Below, piece by piece: positions 1 through 8,640 of a stretch of 37,985 nt of DNA. How positions within the stretch are numbered: position 1 is the stretch's first letter; the number at the start of each line of letters is the position of its first letter. The DNA lies in the NCBI GenBank assembly GCA_040752695.1, contig JBFMGO010000047.1, positions 1-37,985 on the forward strand. The letters run 5' to 3'. The DNA is from a bacterium. Its GTDB lineage: Bacteria > SZUA-182 > DTGQ01. Below the pieces are notes generated by a model. That model was not told where the DNA came from and searched no databases. It saw only the letters and a list, made by a program, of their open reading frames with translations. Both the position numbers and the translations under genes were made by a program.

Positions 1-12
1 TTTACTCCTCAT
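1..12 (-). CDS. 5' end (M-R-S-K...) of a gene running off the left edge
   Basis: Minus strand reads AAGGAG-AAAAAA-ATG AGG AGT AAA: strong Shine-Dalgarno with 6-nt spacing. Only 4 codons are visible. Confidence 0.55.
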
Positions 13-267
13 TTTTTTCTCCTTGCCGTATTGCATATAATGCATATTATAAGAAACGATAATGCATAAGAAACTGTTCAGTAAACATACTGGGAGCGTT
101 GCCCTTAAAGTTGAGGAGAAAGGTAGATAAGGTGAGGGCTCATCAGGGCCATTTTTGCCCATGATGAGTGAGAAGCGGGTAATACTCCCTTATTACGACA
201 CTGATATGTTAACCATGACTCGTCTGTACCTTACTATGTACCACAATTTTGCCTTTTGGATCGAAAT

Positions 268-303
268 AAAGGGCATCCTGCCTTTTCAGACAGGATGCCC
301 TTT
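268..303 (-). terminator. Rho-independent terminator of the Gly/Tyr-rich gene
   Basis: Minus strand GGGCATCCTGTCT-GAAA-AGGCAGGATGCCC-TTTATTT: 13-bp stem with one G.U pair, GNRA loop and U-rich tail, about 30 nt after the stop at 331. Confidence 0.85.
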
Positions 304-330
304 TGTATCCTGGTAACTCTCTAATTTCTC

Positions 331-1188
331 CTAATAAATGGCCGTGTAATAACCGCTGGTGCTGCCAGGAGCATAGCCGGCATAACCGCCGTAGCCGCCA
401 TATCCGCCATATCCGCCATAGCTGCCATATCCGCCATAGCTGCCATAGCTCGTAGGAGCACTGTAACCATAACCACCATAGCTCGTAGGAGCGCTGTAAC
501 CATAACCACCGTAGCCGCCATAACCACCGTAACCGCCATAGCCACCATAACCGCCGTAGCCACCATAACCGCCGTAGCCACCATAGCCGCCGTAACCGCC
601 TAAGGTGCTGCCGCCGTAACCGCCTAAGGTGCTGCCGCCGTAACTCATGCCACCATAACTGTTGCCAATCGCACCGCCATAACTAATGCCGCTCCCATAA
701 CCGGGATAACCATAACCGCCCAGGCCGGCAGCCGTGTTGTAGCCAGTGCCGCCGTAGCCGCCAAGGCCGCTGATACTGTTTACATAGCCACTCAAGGGGC
801 CATAGCTGAAGCTTCCCATCACGGTGCCTGCGCCCGTGTACACGGGCAGGCCGCCAGCATAGGTCATGCCGCCGGTTCCCTGGCTTACCTGGCCGGTCCA
901 GGGGCTGCTGAAGTTCGTAAACGAACCGGTCTGACCGATTCCAAAATCCGGCCCAAACGAACCGCTGCTCCAGGTTGCTCCAGTCCATGGATTGGAACCA
1001 TAGGAATATTGATACCATTGCGCATTTCGATTGGGATCGCTTTGCGTTGCCGTAGAAGTAGTAGTAGTGCCGGTCATAGATCCTGACGCGCTTCTTGTTT
1101 GTGCCCTGCCCATGGAGGCCAGACCAAAGATTGCAGCTATCGCGAGAGCTACTATTAATTTATATCCTTTACCATCTCTTGTGTTCAT
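331..1188 (-). CDS. Secreted Gly/Tyr/Ser-rich low-complexity repeat protein (285 aa)
   Basis: AAGGAG lies 6 nt before ATG 1188, a better start than 1221. Sec signal ...KLIVALAIAAIFGLASMGRA/Q, a Thr-rich linker, then GGY repeats. Followed by its own terminator. Confidence 0.85.
   Translation of the reverse strand: MNTRDGKGYKLIVALAIAAIFGLASMGRAQTRSASGSMTGTTTTSTATQSDPNRNAQWYQYSYGSNPWTGATWSSGSFGPDFGIGQTGSFTNFSSPWTGQVSQGTGGMTYAGGLPVYTGAGTVMGSFSYGPLSGYVNSISGLGGYGGTGYNTAAGLGGYGYPGYGSGISYGGAIGNSYGGMSYGGSTLGGYGGSTLGGYGGYGGYGGYGGYGGYGGYGGYGGYGGYGGYGYSAPTSYGGYGYSAPTSYGSYGGYGSYGGYGGYGGYGGYAGYAPGSTSGYYTAIY
378..640 (-). repeat. Coding tandem repeats: (GGY)x11 at 502-600, GGSTLGGY x2, GYSAPTSYG x2, further G[GS]Y
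   Basis: 9-bp units such as ataaccgcc/gtagccacc with synonymous variation, plus 24-bp and 33-bp duplications read directly. Confidence 0.9.
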
Positions 1189-1699
1189 TTTTTTCTCCTT
1201 CCTCGAACCTAAAATAAGCATTAGTCAAATTGAATATTCCCTTCACTTTTTTACTTTGCTGCCTCTAATCACCTCCTCCACCCCAAAAGCAAGATCATAA
1301 AACATTTTAAGGGGGGATAAAAAGCCACCTTTTATACAAAGTTTCATTACCATAACTCATATATATTGTTCATTATGGTAGATCAATACAGATAATTTGA
1401 AATTGTATAATTATAGGCAATACTTTTATGATACCATTTTTGCAAACCCATTATCAAATGAAACGGATGAGAAAGAGGCAAGATGGCAATAATAAGGCCA
1501 TGATTTACCTGCCTGACTGATCTCAATCGATCTTACGAATAAACTCAATACATGATCAATCGAAAACTATTGTCTTGGAGAGAAAAAAGCTGTAAATATT
1601 ATCTGTACTATTTACATTACTTAAGACGAACATAGAGCTAATGACTTACTCTTTTTTAAAAAGATTCTCTTTTGTCGAAAGAGCCGAATACTTTGGAGA

Positions 1700-1728
1700 T
1701 TGACATTCAAATTTGCGTATGGTACATT
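1700..1728 (+). promoter_or_regulatory. sigma70-type promoter pointing toward the ccsB operon
   Basis: TTGACA-N17-TACATT with a TG extended -10. Confidence 0.55.
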
Positions 1729-1768
1729 TTTGATTTTAAATTATCTACTAAACTTTATCCACAATTCG

Positions 1769-1968
1769 ATAATCAGGCGCTTTACCGAGTACTACGATGC
1801 GACCTTACCCCTCTTATGAGAAAGGTCTCACTGTAGCCTTTAGAGCCTGTGTCCCCAAAGGTTTCTGATGGGGCAAGCGCTTCACTTTTCAAAGGTCGCC
1901 GAAAGCAGATACGTACGGACAGACAAATCCAAAATGAACAAATGCTTTTTCATGAACGCCTGAATTAT
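1769..1968. ncRNA. Candidate ~200-nt structured RNA of unknown family
   Basis: The ends pair (ataatcaggcgct / aacgcctgaattat). Internal hairpins at 1792-1836 and ~1842-1881; perfect 8-bp GCGACCTT/AAGGTCGC pairing. Confidence 0.35.
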
Positions 1969-2160
1969 TTTTCGTGAATGCTTTGAATGATTCAATCCAA
2001 GGGTTCTTAGAGGTTCTCGAAGGTATCATAAAGCGCGATAAGCAAAAGAGTACATGACAGGTTACATCGATTGGTTGGGTTGGATGCATAGGTTGTCGTC
2101 ACCTTTTTAAAATCCTCAATACATAAAGCTTAGCAAGGGAAAAATTTACTGGGTGGATTC

Positions 2161-3579
2161 ATGATAAAAAAAATTACAAAGTTTCTGAGTTCCTTAAGAT
2201 TAACCATTTCTCTTCTTATCATTTTAGCTTTCACTTCAATTGCCGGTACACTGATTCAGCAGCAGCAGAATCCGGCGATCTATGTGCAGCAGTTCGGCAA
2301 ACCCCTTTATAAAGTTTTTCAGGCTCTTGGCTTATTCGACCTTTACCATTCATGGTGGTTCATGTCTCTTCTGGCTCTCTTAGCTCTCAATCTGCTCTTT
2401 TGCTCACTGAAGAGGCTTCCCCGTGACCTGAAACTTATCTTTTCCCCTAAGGTAAAGCTCACCGAGGAAGAACTGAAGTCGTTCAGTTCTCAGGGAAAAT
2501 TCTCAACGAGCAGTCGTTCTCTTGATCAAACCCTCGAAACGGTGCTCGACTCTCTGAAGCGGAGCGGCTTCAGTTGTAAGCAAAAGATTAAGGATGAGGG
2601 CGCATGGCACATCTTCTCGGAGAAAGGTAAGTTCAGCCGTCTGGCCTTTCATGTCACCCACTTGAGCATTATGCTGATCTTTGCAGGAGCAATTCTCGGT
2701 GCAGCCAAAGGCTTTAGTGGTTATGTGAATATTATGGAAGGCTCCAGAGAGAATACCATTGTTTTACGGTCAGGAGGACAGGGCTCGAAACAGCTCGACT
2801 TTGCAGTTGAGTGCAGAAAATTTGAAGTAACCTACTACAAGGACGAATCAGGGAATGACACAGGCAGGCCAAAAGATTATAAGAGTCTGCTCGCTATTCA
2901 TGATCACGGAAAGGAGGTCCTTGCCAAAGAGATCGAGGTTAACGATCCACTCAGTTACGAGGGGATTTACTTTTACCAGTCCAGCTTTGGAGAGATTCCC
3001 CAATTGACCATTACGGTAAAAACTCCGCAGGCAGATTTAGTGGGGAACTTTGCAGTAGAGGAGGGAGGTTCCTTCCGCTTTGTGGATAAGGATAACGAGG
3101 AAGTGAAAGTCCGCCTTCTGCGGTACTTCCCGGATTTTACCATGAATCAGAGCGGGCAGGCCGTCAGCCGGTCAAACACCCCGAATAACCCTGCCGCATT
3201 CCTGGAAATTACATCTGCCCATGGCCAGCCGGTACAAACCTGGGTTTTTCAGCGTTTCCCCGATTTTCCTCATGCCGCTCAAACAGGGTATAAATATTCT
3301 TTAACCTCCACCAATTCGGGGAAAAAATTCACCGGCCTTCAGGTCGTATGGGACCCGGGAGTGCCACTCGTATGGACAGGATGCATTATTCTAGTCATCG
3401 GAATCATCGTTATTTTTTCCGTTCCCCATTATCGGATCTGGATCAGCATTTCTGATAAGGGGAAAAGCCGGGAAGTTATCGTAGCAGGAAACACCAACAA
3501 AAATAAGCCGTCTTTCCAAAATACTTTTTCAAAAATTATCACTGTTTTCAAAAGCAATCTTGCCGATAGGACAAAATAG
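2161..3579 (+). CDS. ccsB: Cytochrome c biogenesis System II protein ResB/CcsB
   Basis: N-terminal TM with GTLIQQ, DLYHSWWF, CSLKR, conserved His in HVTHLS, VNDPL, C-terminal TGLQV..DPG..VW.G TM. Adjacent to ccsA. Confidence 0.93.
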   Translation: MIKKITKFLSSLRLTISLLIILAFTSIAGTLIQQQQNPAIYVQQFGKPLYKVFQALGLFDLYHSWWFMSLLALLALNLLFCSLKRLPRDLKLIFSPKVKLTEEELKSFSSQGKFSTSSRSLDQTLETVLDSLKRSGFSCKQKIKDEGAWHIFSEKGKFSRLAFHVTHLSIMLIFAGAILGAAKGFSGYVNIMEGSRENTIVLRSGGQGSKQLDFAVECRKFEVTYYKDESGNDTGRPKDYKSLLAIHDHGKEVLAKEIEVNDPLSYEGIYFYQSSFGEIPQLTITVKTPQADLVGNFAVEEGGSFRFVDKDNEEVKVRLLRYFPDFTMNQSGQAVSRSNTPNNPAAFLEITSAHGQPVQTWVFQRFPDFPHAAQTGYKYSLTSTNSGKKFTGLQVVWDPGVPLVWTGCIILVIGIIVIFSVPHYRIWISISDKGKSREVIVAGNTNKNKPSFQNTFSKIITVFKSNLADRTK

Positions 3580-3604
3580 ATAACTGTTAGGAGGAAATTT
3601 AGCT

Positions 3605-4441
3605 ATGATCAGCTCAAAATTATTTGGTGCAGCAATGATTATCTACATCGTAGCTGCTCTCATTTACATAACCTACCTGGCGCTGAAGAGCGAAAAAGTC
3701 GGCAACCTGGCTACGGTGATAACCATTCTCGGACTTTGCGTTCATACTGCCGCTCTTATTACCAGGACAGTAGCCTCCTACAGGCAGGGAATTGGCCAGC
3801 CCCCTTTTGCTAATCTGTATTCCTCAATGGTCTTTTTTTCCTGGGCTATTATCTTAACGTATATTATCCTGGAACTTATATACAAGCAAAAAGCGATCGG
3901 AGCCTTTGTCACTCCAATCGCCTTTATTCTTCTCGCTGTCACTACCCTGCTGTCGGATCAGATCGAGCCGCTTGTGCCTGCCTTGCAAAGCAACTGGCTC
4001 CTCTCGCATGTAGTAACCTGCTTTTTCGGCTACGCAGCCTTTGCCGTTGCCTGCGGTATCAGTATCATGTACCTGGTGCGGATTCATTACGAAGGGATGG
4101 GAATGGGGAATACCGGAGTGATGCAAATCCTGCCCTCCTCTGAGCTTCTTGATGAACTGGCCTACAAGGCGATAGTGATTGGCTTTCCTTTTCTGACCAT
4201 AGGGATTATTACCGGCGCAGCCTGGGCGAATTATGCCTGGGGATCTTACTGGAGCTGGGACCCGAAAGAAACGTGGTCTCTTATTACCTGGTTTGTATAT
4301 GCCGCCTTCCTGCATGCCCGGTTCGCCGCAGGATGGAAAGGAAGAAGAACCGCTGTCCTGTCGATTATTGGATTCTTATTCGTACTGTTCACTTATTTAG
4401 GCGTGAGCTGGCTGTTATCTGGCCTGCACAGCTATGCGTAA
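3605..4441 (+). CDS. ccsA: Cytochrome c biogenesis System II haem lyase ResC/CcsA
   Basis: WWD motif [24 protein letters not shown]-terminal GLHSYA; RBS AGGAGG. Confidence 0.96.
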   Translation: MISSKLFGAAMIIYIVAALIYITYLALKSEKVGNLATVITILGLCVHTAALITRTVASYRQGIGQPPFANLYSSMVFFSWAIILTYIILELIYKQKAIGAFVTPIAFILLAVTTLLSDQIEPLVPALQSNWLLSHVVTCFFGYAAFAVACGISIMYLVRIHYEGMGMGNTGVMQILPSSELLDELAYKAIVIGFPFLTIGIITGAAWANYAWGSYWSWDPKETWSLITWFVYAAFLHARFAAGWKGRRTAVLSIIGFLFVLFTYLGVSWLLSGLHSYA

Positions 4442-4642
4442 ACATCCTTGCATGCGAAAATATTCCTGAGACTGCATTTTTCTTTTGAATATTGAGCCAG
4501 GTTTGGCGATAAGTAAGGTGGATCTGTATAAAGCATGCAATGTCTACTGCTCATCAAAAGAGAGTCGAAAAAGGTCTTCAAGCCTTTCATATCCGCTCTC
4601 TTACCTGATGGAAAAGGCTTGAGTGAGGGGGAACACTTTCAA

Positions 4643-6508
4643 GTGAAAAAACAGACTCATTCCTTAGTTTTCATAGTAAACCTCTTATTTTACATTATCG
4701 CTTCAGGATCTTTTGCAGCATCGTCTCCCTGGAATTTTAGTGTAGATTTATCCTACGAAAAAACTGACCAGACCCAACCCGATGAAACCACCATTGACTT
4801 CACCCAGGAATACAGACTCATGCACAACATTTCCCTTTCCCTGGAAACGAAAATGGAAACCGAGTTGAGAGCAGAGGTCGAACAGGAAGATCGAAAAGGA
4901 TCAGACGAGCCGGACACCCGTCTTTGTAAACCCTATGCCGATTTTCAAATGAAATCCCGCCTCTATGATTTCGGGCTGGGATACAGAGGGTCGGAAGAGA
5001 AAACCGACATCACCACGAGTACGAATGAAGGGTTCGTCAATTTCAAACTACAGCCCGAATTGCTCCCCGAAGTCAATTTCAAGTATGACTTTAAAGGCGA
5101 AAAGGAATCGAACGATCAGAAAACGTACTTTCACGACATTTCGATAAGCTCCCTGTATAACATACAGGATTTTCTCAGGATCAGGCTCGATTACCAGGGA
5201 GAATATACCGACAACCGGACCACAGAGGATCTGGTCGAAGAATCTACCAACGGGGATATCAAGGAGAATAACTTTCTCGGTCAAATCACCTTTAAACATT
5301 TTCTCTTGAGAGACAAACTGAGATTCGCCCTCGACTACAAGGTGGAAAAAGACGATAAAAAAGATCAGGACCCCAATAACGATTTTACCTGGGTCAAGAG
5401 CAATGACCAGCTTATCCAGACGGTAAACAGCCAGATTACCTATACTATTACACCAAGTACCAACCTGTATGCACAATATGAGAAAAAACACACCAAAGAC
5501 AGATCGGATGACAATAAGGACACAACGGCTGAAGCCGATCAAAAGGATAGCTTCCGGATGGATATCTCTCAGAAAATATGTTCTTACCTGATGGTCCTCG
5601 GCAAATATAGAGCTGAAAAAAATAAAAACGACAGGCAAGACGAGAAAATCGATGCCTATGAGGCTGAAATCAATGCAAATCCTCAAAGGTGGCTCGACCT
5701 TCAGGGAAGAGCGCAAATCGAATCCAGACAGACCGACGACCTGCTTAATGACACCAGCGAAAAGAACGACACTCAGACGGTGGAAGGAACCTGGAATGCA
5801 AATTTCCCTCATCTTTTTGACGCACAGAATACTTTTAATGTAAGATTGATGAAGGAAAAAAAAGATGATCAGGATTCCAGACGGGAAAGGCATTATAAAT
5901 GGAGACTGCAAATAGTCCCCATTGTCAATCTCAGGCTGACACCTGAATACGACATTCTGGAAGAAAAGGACTATTTGTCCACCACCACCAATAACAACGA
6001 GAATAAAGATACCCATGAGTTTCGAACAACCATCGCTTATGGACTATCCTTTTCCCAACACCTGAGAATTGACCTTTCCAATTCCCTCAGCCGAAAACGT
6101 GTCAAGGAGAATGGTACCCTGAATAAAGAAAATAACGATGATACAAAACTTGATTTCAAATTTACTCCTACGCAAAACCTGATTTTTTCCTCACAGATCA
6201 TTCGACAAGGTAAGAAGATCTATCAAAGCGGAGTTTTGACTCAGGATGAAGTGGACACTTCCTATGCTCTTAACTACGACTGGCGATTCGATCCCTTTAC
6301 CTGGAGCTCCAGCTTTAAATACGATGACCGAAATCAAAAACAGGAAGGCGACAATGGCACAGGTGATACCGAAACCGTAGAATCCAGAATCACGTATAAA
6401 CCGAACAGAAATTATGACTTTACCATGAATTACAAATATACCAAGACCTATTCTGTGGACAATGATAAAGAACACACGGTAGGATTCCAAGTTCGAGCAT
6501 TCTATTAA
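4643..6508 (+). CDS. Large outer-membrane beta-barrel protein, family unknown
   Basis: Likely GTG start at 4643 (GAGGGGG upstream) gives signal peptide MKKQTHSLVFIVNLLFYIIASGSFA/A. Alternating amphipathic strands with acidic loops; ends in a BAM-type aromatic beta-signal (GFQVRAFY). Confidence 0.75.
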   Translation: MKKQTHSLVFIVNLLFYIIASGSFAASSPWNFSVDLSYEKTDQTQPDETTIDFTQEYRLMHNISLSLETKMETELRAEVEQEDRKGSDEPDTRLCKPYADFQMKSRLYDFGLGYRGSEEKTDITTSTNEGFVNFKLQPELLPEVNFKYDFKGEKESNDQKTYFHDISISSLYNIQDFLRIRLDYQGEYTDNRTTEDLVEESTNGDIKENNFLGQITFKHFLLRDKLRFALDYKVEKDDKKDQDPNNDFTWVKSNDQLIQTVNSQITYTITPSTNLYAQYEKKHTKDRSDDNKDTTAEADQKDSFRMDISQKICSYLMVLGKYRAEKNKNDRQDEKIDAYEAEINANPQRWLDLQGRAQIESRQTDDLLNDTSEKNDTQTVEGTWNANFPHLFDAQNTFNVRLMKEKKDDQDSRRERHYKWRLQIVPIVNLRLTPEYDILEEKDYLSTTTNNNENKDTHEFRTTIAYGLSFSQHLRIDLSNSLSRKRVKENGTLNKENNDDTKLDFKFTPTQNLIFSSQIIRQGKKIYQSGVLTQDEVDTSYALNYDWRFDPFTWSSSFKYDDRNQKQEGDNGTGDTETVESRITYKPNRNYDFTMNYKYTKTYSVDNDKEHTVGFQVRAFY

Positions 6509-6571
6509 TAAGTACGGCTTACCATGAGCCCCTCATTGAATTTTTAACCTGCTGTAGGGAGGAAAAAAACC

Positions 6572-7294
6572 ATGAATAACCTTTCCAAAGTTCGATTCAT
6601 CTCCTTATTCACTGTAATCGGGGCAATGCTCCTTATGCCCCTGGGATGTTCCCGTCTGGCGAAAACGTCAGTTTTTTCAAAGCCTGCCATCGGAACCAAT
6701 GCCATCTTGTATGCACCCTGGAATCCAACCAAAAAGGTTTGTGTATTACCCTTCGATAACATCAGTAAAGAACAGGATGTCAATTTGAAGGTTATGGAAA
6801 TATTTCTCACCGAGCTGTTTTCCGCCGGCATTTTCGAGGATATTGTCGACCCGATTCAGGCCAATGCTGCTTTGGGAGGAATGCGCATCCGCAAACCCGA
6901 TTCTCTCGATAAAGAGACCATCAAGGCCCTGGGTGACAGGTTGGGAGTGCAGTATTTAATTTTGGGAACGGTAACCGACTATGACTATGGAAAGACGAAA
7001 GATGCCGGCTCACAGGTCGGGTTGAGCGTCCGGATGATCGATGTCGATACGGGTAACATCCTCTGGACCGGCAACAGCTTCAAAAATGGCGATAAATCGC
7101 TGGGAAGGATCTTTGGCTTTACCAATGGGCCTAATTCGTCGGAACTTTCCAAAGTGGTATGCCAGGATATTATCACATCTCTCAAATATCAAATTCAGCG
7201 GAGCAGTAACGAAAGAGTCTGGAAGGCCCAGAATCTCCAGGAAAAACCAAAAGCAAAAGTTGCCGTAGACGACCCGGTCGAAAAGAGGCGATAA
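6572..7294 (+). CDS. Lipoprotein of the CsgG/PelC/GNA1162 (DUF799)-like fold
   Basis: Lipobox PLGC (Cys26); VCVLPFDN...LGVQYLILGTVTDY...VGLSVRMIDVDTGNILW pattern typical of this fold. Confidence 0.8.
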   Translation: MNNLSKVRFISLFTVIGAMLLMPLGCSRLAKTSVFSKPAIGTNAILYAPWNPTKKVCVLPFDNISKEQDVNLKVMEIFLTELFSAGIFEDIVDPIQANAALGGMRIRKPDSLDKETIKALGDRLGVQYLILGTVTDYDYGKTKDAGSQVGLSVRMIDVDTGNILWTGNSFKNGDKSLGRIFGFTNGPNSSELSKVVCQDIITSLKYQIQRSSNERVWKAQNLQEKPKAKVAVDDPVEKRR

Positions 7295-7302
7295 GTACTG
7301 CC

Positions 7303-8640
7303 ATGAAAATACCCTCTGTATGTAAAACCCAATACAGGCTTATCAAATTCCGGACGGGCATTGTCTGTTTGCTCTGTTTCCTGCCATTCCTTATCAATGC
7401 CTGCAAGGCAGCAGCACCGCGCCTTTCGAAGATGCCGCCGGCTATGAGTGCCAACCCACAGAACCCGGCCTCTGTACAAGACGAGGAAAATACGCAGGAA
7501 AAAGATTCTCCCGTCTCAGTGACTGCGAAAACCTCTCAGCTTCCAGCGGTAACTGAGGATACTCCTCCACCTCATGAGGAGAAAAGTCCTCTGCCGCCTC
7601 CGCCATCAAGTCCAGAAGAGAGTTCCCTCCCTCAACCGGATACAAAAGACTCCTCACCCGCACCAATTGAACACGACTCTTCTTCACCGCTTCAACAAGA
7701 TTCTCTCCCTCCCCCGCTGCCGGAAAGGAGCGCTAAAAAGAAACTGGGGTATCATCATTACAGCTACTCGTCTTCCTTTGGCGGCTCCGGGATGGGAGGA
7801 GGATTGTTCAATCACCCTGTGGCTATTGCTGTCGATAGCGACGACAATATCTATGTTGTCGATCAGGGAAACAACCTTGTCCAGAAGTTTAATGAAAATG
7901 GTATCTTCATTCGCGAATGGGGAAGACGCGGCACCACTGCTGGGGAATTTGATTCTCCCTCGGCTCTTGCCATAGACAAGAAGGGTTTTGTCTATGTAGT
8001 GGATACCAATAATAATCGGATCCAAAAAATAGACCCGGATAAAACCGAGAAGAACGCGTTCATGGCTTTTGGAGACGGAGACAGAACCCTGGGCTCTGGA
8101 GAGGGAAAATTTCAAACCCCCACTGATATCACCGTAGATAACGAAGGGTATATCTATGTGGTTGATTCCGGTAACAGCCGCATTCAAAAATTCGACAGCA
8201 ATGGAAAATTTCTCAAAGAATTCGGCAGCTATGGTTCCTGCAGGGAGTGCTTTCTGTCTCCTTCACAGATTGCCTATGATCCTACCGGATTTGGCTACCT
8301 GTATGTACTGGATCAGGATCGGAATGGTTTCCTGCTGCACAAGATCGATACCAGCGGAAGATTTTTGCAAACACTGGATGTCTTTCACCAGAAAGAGTAT
8401 CCTGTTTCTAAACCAGCCCATATCTATTTTGATGAGGACGGCTTCCTGTATGTCGTGGATCAGGGAAAGGGTTCGGTTTACAAATTCAATACCGATGGAG
8501 AATTTATCCAGGCGATAGGTGATTCATCTTCTAGAGAGGCCGCTTTGAATAATCCTCGATCAATAGTCCAGGATTCAGACAAACGGCTTTTGATCGTAGA
8601 TTCAGAAAATAACCGGATCAAAATTTTTGACCAGATGTAG
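7303..8640 (+). CDS. NHL-repeat beta-propeller protein, probable lipoprotein with Pro/Ser-rich tether
   Basis: Repeated F..P..IAVD....IYVVD..N.RIQKFD units (about 6); lipobox-like INAC (Cys34); ~110-aa Pro/Ser/Glu linker. Confidence 0.88.
   Translation: MKIPSVCKTQYRLIKFRTGIVCLLCFLPFLINACKAAAPRLSKMPPAMSANPQNPASVQDEENTQEKDSPVSVTAKTSQLPAVTEDTPPPHEEKSPLPPPPSSPEESSLPQPDTKDSSPAPIEHDSSSPLQQDSLPPPLPERSAKKKLGYHHYSYSSSFGGSGMGGGLFNHPVAIAVDSDDNIYVVDQGNNLVQKFNENGIFIREWGRRGTTAGEFDSPSALAIDKKGFVYVVDTNNNRIQKIDPDKTEKNAFMAFGDGDRTLGSGEGKFQTPTDITVDNEGYIYVVDSGNSRIQKFDSNGKFLKEFGSYGSCRECFLSPSQIAYDPTGFGYLYVLDQDRNGFLLHKIDTSGRFLQTLDVFHQKEYPVSKPAHIYFDEDGFLYVVDQGKGSVYKFNTDGEFIQAIGDSSSREAALNNPRSIVQDSDKRLLIVDSENNRIKIFDQM

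Noticed and set aside
321..584. 87-aa ORF with MVATAV/MADMAA repeats
   Set aside because: Alternative-frame shadow of the GGY repeats; no SD or signal peptide.
1300..1765. Possible replication origin
   Set aside because: Only one perfect DnaA box and no dnaA/dnaN/gidA context.
1775..1906. Lysine riboswitch or T-box resemblance (AGGCGC..AGUA..GAAAGG..CGCCGAA)
   Set aside because: Motif spacing and P2 complementarity do not fit, there is no T-box sequence, and the downstream genes are unrelated.
1865..1906. Hammerhead-like CUGAUG..GGC...GCC-GAAA
   Set aside because: The conserved A9 is G, stem II is only 3 bp, and no stem I can form.
5048..6016. 322-aa hydrophobic antisense ORF
   Set aside because: Mirror of the Asp/Lys/Asn-rich barrel codons; no family motifs.
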